Shown piece by piece: positions 58,066-64,000 of a DNA stretch of 64,000 nucleotides. The notes beneath the pieces are model-generated. The model saw only the letters and a list, made by a program, of their open reading frames with translations, ran no database searches and was not told the origin of the DNA. The first letter of the stretch is position 1, and each line of letters opens with the position of its first letter. The DNA comes from Actinomycetota bacterium (GTDB lineage: Bacteria; Actinomycetota; Actinomycetes; S36-B12; UBA10799). Both the position numbers and the translations under genes were made by a program. Where the stretch lies: positions 217,087-281,086 of the forward strand of contig JACJWU010000006.1 in assembly GCA_020636995.1 (NCBI GenBank). The letters run 5' to 3'.

Positions 58066-59544
<1,479 letters not shown>

Positions 59545-59598
59545 TCATCGGCCGCTGAACCCCACCCCCCGGCACTCGGCGGCCCGTAGGCTGGCGTC

Positions 59599-60222
59599 AT
59601 GGCCCCCCACGACCACCCCGTCTTCACCCAGGTCTACAAGTGGCTGGCCCGCGCCGAGGACGCCGGCGCGATCGGCAAGGCGCGCACGGAGGTATCCCGC
59701 GCCCTGCACGGGCGGTTGCTCGTTGTCGGGCTCGGGCCGGCCGAGGATCTGCACCACCTGCCCGAGACGGTCACCGAGGTGGTCGGGATCGAACCCAGCG
59801 CGTCGATGCGCAAGGCGGCCGCGGCCGCTGTGGACGCCGCCCCCATGCCGGTCGAAGTGATCGATGCGATGGGTGAGCAACTTCCCCTGCCCGACAACAG
59901 CGTGGACTCGGCGTTGTTCGCCTACGTCCTGTGTTCGGTGGAGGATCCGGAACTCGTGATCGCCGAGGCTCTGCGCGTACTGCGGCCTGGTGGCACGATC
60001 GCCGTGCTCGAGCACGTCAAGGCCCGTGAGGGAACGTGGATGCGCCGGGCGCAACGGCTCGCGTCCCCGGTGTGGCCCCACCTGGCCGGGGGGTGCAGGT
60101 GCGACCAGGACACCCGAGCGGTCTTCGAAGCCGCCGGCCTGGATCTCAGCGGGCTCTCCAGTCCGGATCTGACTCCGGTGCCACCGGTAGCACCGTCACT
60201 GGTCGGCACGATCCAGGTCTGA
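59599..60222 (+). CDS. Class I SAM-dependent methyltransferase
   Basis: Motif I is LLVVGLGPAED, the post-I motif is VVGIEPS, and LRPGG is present. Confidence 0.8.
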   Translation: MAPHDHPVFTQVYKWLARAEDAGAIGKARTEVSRALHGRLLVVGLGPAEDLHHLPETVTEVVGIEPSASMRKAAAAAVDAAPMPVEVIDAMGEQLPLPDNSVDSALFAYVLCSVEDPELVIAEALRVLRPGGTIAVLEHVKAREGTWMRRAQRLASPVWPHLAGGCRCDQDTRAVFEAAGLDLSGLSSPDLTPVPPVAPSLVGTIQV

Positions 60223-60251
60223 TCAACGCGGATCACGCGTAGCCTGGAGGT

Positions 60252-60962
60252 GTGGAAGGGACGTGGCAACCCGACCCCACCGGCCGTCACGAAGCCAGGT
60301 TCTGGGACGGCGAGACGTGGACCGCGTGGGTGAGCGACGGTGGGGAGCAGGCGGAGGACCCACCGGGATGGCCGCAGCCACCGGCATCAGCCGGACTCGG
60401 ACTTCGATCCGGGGGGCTTCGGTACTTCCGCCGCGGCGGCGGCCCGTGGCCCGTGGTGGACATGTCCGGCGGTCAGGTCGGATATCTGACGCGCAGTTCC
60501 TTCTCCTTCACCGGCCGCTCGATCGTCGTCTGGGACATGGCGAACATCGCGTGGCTGACGGTCAAGCAGGGAATCCACGGCACGGGCATCCTGGTCGCCG
60601 ACCGGGAGATCGGTCGCATCGGGTGGCACGGCGTGGGATCGCTGAGCACCGTGGACATCAGCGTGAACCTAGCCGGACGGATGCGGGCCCGGATGCGCGC
60701 AACGCGTCAGGACCTGGCTGCCGGGACGGCCGTGTTGACCGATCCCGCCGGGGCGCCGTTGATCGCTCTGACCATCACCCGCGACAGCGATACGAAGGTC
60801 CTGAGCCTGCAGCGTCTGGTGGGGCTGCCCGAGGATTACGAGTACGCCGTGCAGGCCGTGGTACCCGCGATCATCCTCGAACTGGACAACCGGGCCGGCT
60901 TCCAGGCAACCCACGACGACGACAACAGCACGTTCAGCGGCCGCAGCCCCTGGCCGGACTGA
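60252..60962 (+). CDS. DUF2510 domain-containing protein
   Basis: The N-terminus WQPDPTGRHEARFWDGETWT is the DUF2510 signature. I do not recognise the rest of the protein. Confidence 0.65.
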   Translation: MEGTWQPDPTGRHEARFWDGETWTAWVSDGGEQAEDPPGWPQPPASAGLGLRSGGLRYFRRGGGPWPVVDMSGGQVGYLTRSSFSFTGRSIVVWDMANIAWLTVKQGIHGTGILVADREIGRIGWHGVGSLSTVDISVNLAGRMRARMRATRQDLAAGTAVLTDPAGAPLIALTITRDSDTKVLSLQRLVGLPEDYEYAVQAVVPAIILELDNRAGFQATHDDDNSTFSGRSPWPD

Positions 60963-61709
60963 CTAGCGGACGCGCACAGACAGGCACGTGACGCACCCTT
61001 CGAGTTTCTCGAACTCGCCGATGTCCACCTCGATGGTGCGCAGGCCCCGTTCCTGCAACATGCCCGCCGTGCGGGGCGCCGATGACGCCATGAGCACGGT
61101 CTTGTCGTCAACGACCACCACGTGCGATCCGGGTTCCTCGGGAACCGGCAGGAAGCGTGCGAAGACCCCGGGGTCATCGACCAGCGGTTGGTACCCGATG
61201 ACCGTGCCGTCCGGCAGCGCCGTCACCGCACTCTTGAGGTGCAGAGCCTTCGTGATGGGGACGGGCACCACCTCGACACCGAAGAACGCCGCGAGCTGAG
61301 AGCATGCCCCGGGCGTAGTGCGGTCACCCACGCCCACGTACCAACGGTCGGCGACCTTCAGGACGTCCCCGCCGTCCAGCGTGTCGGACCCCTCGATGGC
61401 TGCGAGTTCCAGGCCCAACTGCCGAACCGTGGATGCCGTACCCACCGTCTCGCCACGACGCTCACGTGCCCCCGGCCTGGCAAGCATGGCCCGATGCCCG
61501 TGCACGACCACGGTGTCCTCGACGAACACCCCGTCGGGATGATCGGGTGCGGGCGCCACCTCCACCGGCGACCAGCCCACCGACTCCAGCGCCGCGACGT
61601 AGCCGTCCCACTGCCGGCGCGCGAGGTCGTAGTCGACGTCCGTCCGCTCGAGGTGCGTCAGCAGCCCCTGCGCCAGATGCGGACTCGGCACCCGCACGAG
61701 CGCCTTCAC
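60963..61709 (-). CDS. Dimethylarginine dimethylaminohydrolase (DDAH)/amidinotransferase family protein
   Basis: The family pattern is present (PDGVFVEDT, DGGDV, the HLKS motif, and a catalytic Cys near the C-terminus in GCVTCLSV). Confidence 0.8.
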   Translation of the reverse strand: MKALVRVPSPHLAQGLLTHLERTDVDYDLARRQWDGYVAALESVGWSPVEVAPAPDHPDGVFVEDTVVVHGHRAMLARPGARERRGETVGTASTVRQLGLELAAIEGSDTLDGGDVLKVADRWYVGVGDRTTPGACSQLAAFFGVEVVPVPITKALHLKSAVTALPDGTVIGYQPLVDDPGVFARFLPVPEEPGSHVVVVDDKTVLMASSAPRTAGMLQERGLRTIEVDIGEFEKLEGCVTCLSVRVR

Positions 61710-62101
61710 GACAACTGCTCGAGCAGTTCTGCCATCCGGGCATGGACCACGTTGACGGCCTTGAGCGGGCGCACCATCACTTTGAAATCACTGATGAGTC
61801 CCTGCTCGTTCCAGGTGATCAGATCCACACCATTGACGTGGACCCCTTCGATCTCCGTCTCGAACTCGAGCACCGCATCGTTGCCCTCGCACACCTCACG
61901 CACGTAGCGGAAGGACGGGTTCGCGATGACGTGCAGGGCTCCGGTCAGATACAGCGCCACAAGGTCCCGGCCCTGCTGGGGTCGGAAGAGGATCGGCGAG
62001 TGGAAGACCGCATCCTCGGCGAGGATCTGGTTGAGCAGCGCCGGGTTCCGGCTCCGCACGACCTCGTGCCAATGCTCCAGTCGAGCGTCGGTCGCCATCA
62101 C
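61706..62101 (-). CDS. NTF2-like (SnoaL-type) domain protein
   Basis: At 131 aa, its size and pattern fit an NTF2-like fold. It overlaps both neighbours by 4 nt. Confidence 0.6.
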   Translation of the reverse strand: MMATDARLEHWHEVVRSRNPALLNQILAEDAVFHSPILFRPQQGRDLVALYLTGALHVIANPSFRYVREVCEGNDAVLEFETEIEGVHVNGVDLITWNEQGLISDFKVMVRPLKAVNVVHARMAELLEQLS

Positions 62102-63282
62102 GCCTCCATCTCCTCAGGACCGGTGATCCCGGCCAGTTCGATCACGGCGTCGACGAAGGTTCCGACGTCGCCGTCCGCGAAGTAGTAGTGCGCCCAGGAG
62201 CGCAACTGGTCGAGTTCCTCAGTGCTTCCGGCCCGCTCAAGGGCTTCCACGATCGCCGTGGATCGCTCGACGGACAACAGTGGCAGGGCGGCCAGCATCC
62301 CGCCACTGAGGATCGGCGCCAGGGGCTGGACGGGACGGGTGACAACCAACGGCTTCCCGGTGGTCAACCAGTCCACGGCGACCGCCGAGATGTCACACAC
62401 AAGAGCATCCGCCACCTCCCGTTGCCAGCCGAAGCGAGGTGTGGAGTCAACGTAGTGCCCACCCGCAGCCCCGGTGAGCAGATCCGCGATCTTGCGGACT
62501 GCGCTGGCGTGGGAGTTCTGCCGCCGGCCCGCCTGGGGGTGTGGCCGGAAGATGATCCGGTAGTTCCCATCGGCCAGCAACGCCTGCACCATGTCCACCC
62601 CGTGGCTTGCCAGCGAGCCGTACTCCATCGGCGGTGCACTCCCCTCCGTGGTCGGCGCGTACACCACGGTGCGGGCACGATCGGTCGGCGGCAGGTCCGG
62701 CGGTGGCGACTCGGGGATGTGCAACTGCGGCCGGCCGATGACCCGCAGTTTCGAGTCCGTGTCGAAGTCGTGCAGTGCCGCGCGATATCGGTCCACTGCG
62801 GCTTGCCCCGCCACGAATGTCACGTCGTACGCCTTGGCCTGGTTGGACACCATGTACACCTTGTCGCTCTCGCCGTGGCTGAGGAAGACGTGCTGCGGGC
62901 GGGCGTAGGCGAGGACGTCGAAGTTCGACACGTTCTGGTTCACGTAGAGCACGACGTCGGGCAGGTAGGTGTTCATGAGGCCATCGATGTCGGCCAGCCA
63001 CCGGGCCAGCATCACCGGCAGCGCGGTCATCTCGGTCAACGCCAGCGCAACCCGGGGATCGCGGGCGATGATCGCCACCGGCAACCGCTCTGCCAGGGCT
63101 GACAGCGGAGCCAGCCAGTCGCGGATCTGGTAGAGGTACTGCTCGCCGGACCCGAAGTACACGAAGACTGCGATGCGCTCCGGGCGGGACGAGCCGCGAC
63201 GCTTCAGTTCCCGAAGGGCGGTGCGGCTATCGATGACCGAACGGCCACGGTCCATCGCTATCCGCAACGGGCTGGAGGCCAT
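62098..63282 (-). CDS. CDP-glycerol glycerophosphotransferase (TagF-like) family protein
   Basis: VFLSHGESDK, VVYAPT and ALVCDISAVAVDWLTTGKPLVV resemble the TagF family catalytic region. Confidence 0.55.
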   Translation of the reverse strand: MASSPLRIAMDRGRSVIDSRTALRELKRRGSSRPERIAVFVYFGSGEQYLYQIRDWLAPLSALAERLPVAIIARDPRVALALTEMTALPVMLARWLADIDGLMNTYLPDVVLYVNQNVSNFDVLAYARPQHVFLSHGESDKVYMVSNQAKAYDVTFVAGQAAVDRYRAALHDFDTDSKLRVIGRPQLHIPESPPPDLPPTDRARTVVYAPTTEGSAPPMEYGSLASHGVDMVQALLADGNYRIIFRPHPQAGRRQNSHASAVRKIADLLTGAAGGHYVDSTPRFGWQREVADALVCDISAVAVDWLTTGKPLVVTRPVQPLAPILSGGMLAALPLLSVERSTAIVEALERAGSTEELDQLRSWAHYYFADGDVGTFVDAVIELAGITGPEEMEA

Positions 63283-63334
63283 GGGACCAAACTAACGCCA
63301 GAACTCGTGGGCCTGCTCAGCCAGAACATCCATG

Positions 63335-64000
63335 TCAGGCGTCCAGGAGTCGCTCGACGACCCGTGCGGTGGCCTTGCCGTCCTCGGCCGGACAGAACCG
63401 GGCCCGCGCCTGCGCGATCGGGACCGGCGGCGGCGGGGGGCCGGCCGACACCCACTGCTGCAGGGTCGGCAGGTCGGCGGTGCGGGACCCGGGCAGTTCG
63501 TCATCGGCCAGGTACATCCCGCGCGGGTAGTCCATCGGGGTGAAGAAGAGGATCCGGCTCCCCGTGGCGAGGAAGTCGAAGGCCACGCTCGAGAAGTCGG
63601 TGATGAGCGTGTGACAGCGCGCGAGCAGGGCGTTCGTCCCGATCTCCGGCGGGATCAGGAAGGGGGCCAGCCGTGGATCCCCGGCCGCCTTGGTAGCGAG
63701 TTTGCCGTGCACGCGCAGGACCGGCCGCGTGCCGGCCGGCACCGCCTCGCTGATCGCAGCCATCCGCACCGCCACCTCGTCGAGGTCGTCGACGGCCTCG
63801 GTGTACGTGGCCTCCTGCCAGGTGGGTGCGTACAGCACGAGGTCGCCTGCCTCGCCGGGCAGGAACTGCACATCCACGCGCGGCGAACCCAGCTCGACGA
63901 CGTTGCCGGTCTCCACGCCATACGCCCCCCGATACATGGTGGCGGTCATGTAGGGGCTGCTGGACAGCAACAGATCGGCTGCTTCGAAGTTCGCCACGGT
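63335..64000 (-). CDS. CDP-glycerol glycerophosphotransferase (TagF-like) family protein, C-terminal part (5' end outside window)
   Basis: LYAPTWQE and TLITDFSSVAFDFLATGSRILFF...YPRGMY are typical TagF-family motifs. The ORF is open to the window edge. Confidence 0.7.
   Translation of the reverse strand, partial: TVANFEAADLLLSSSPYMTATMYRGAYGVETGNVVELGSPRVDVQFLPGEAGDLVLYAPTWQEATYTEAVDDLDEVAVRMAAISEAVPAGTRPVLRVHGKLATKAAGDPRLAPFLIPPEIGTNALLARCHTLITDFSSVAFDFLATGSRILFFTPMDYPRGMYLADDELPGSRTADLPTLQQWVSAGPPPPPVPIAQARARFCPAEDGKATARVVERLLDA

Overview
This is a high-GC actinobacterial chromosomal segment. The left-end gene order (ArsA-like, WhiB4-like, class A PBP, metallophosphoesterase) resembles mycobacterial Rv3679-Rv3683. 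I support about 60 CDS and one tRNA-Pro(CGG). I see no rRNA, CRISPR, transposase, integrase or recognisable defence genes.

Layout:
- 0-25 kb: housekeeping genes; a Cys-type arylsulfatase with an extra N-terminal membrane module, plus a radical-SAM sulfatase maturase; two paralogous AI-2E transporters flanking a LAL/LuxR regulator, a SHOCT pair and a PAP2 phosphatase; then asd.
- 26-52 kb: an anaerobic-respiration and molybdenum-cofactor block. It holds a YdeP-type molybdoenzyme, a wHTH regulator followed by narGHJI and ywiC, tandem narK genes, and moeA, mobA, moaC, moaB-moaE, moaA and moaD. It ends tail-to-tail against ask.
- 53-64 kb: ahcY, metK, a ROK regulator, GuaB1, DDAH and TagF-like genes.

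Most unusual observations (all hypotheses from reading the sequence):
1. A 12-bp tandem repeat forms a 58-codon (DGGA)n micro-ORF. Its stop overlaps the start of a JmjC/cupin oxygenase gene, which in turn overlaps a sucrase/ferredoxin-like gene.
2. Long, relatively AT-rich intergenic hairpin or composite inverted-repeat elements recur. Two sequence families are dispersed, and one copy sits inside the narG-narH spacer.
3. The leaders of both ask and asd carry the same layout of two direct arms followed by one inverted arm, built from unrelated sequences.
4. The tRNA-Pro 3' end is repeated downstream, each full copy followed by a hairpin with a conserved loop and a covarying stem.
5. Two paralogous wHTH regulators share a Cys/His tail, and one is translationally coupled to narG.

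The many very long antisense ORFs in the track are high-GC artefacts.
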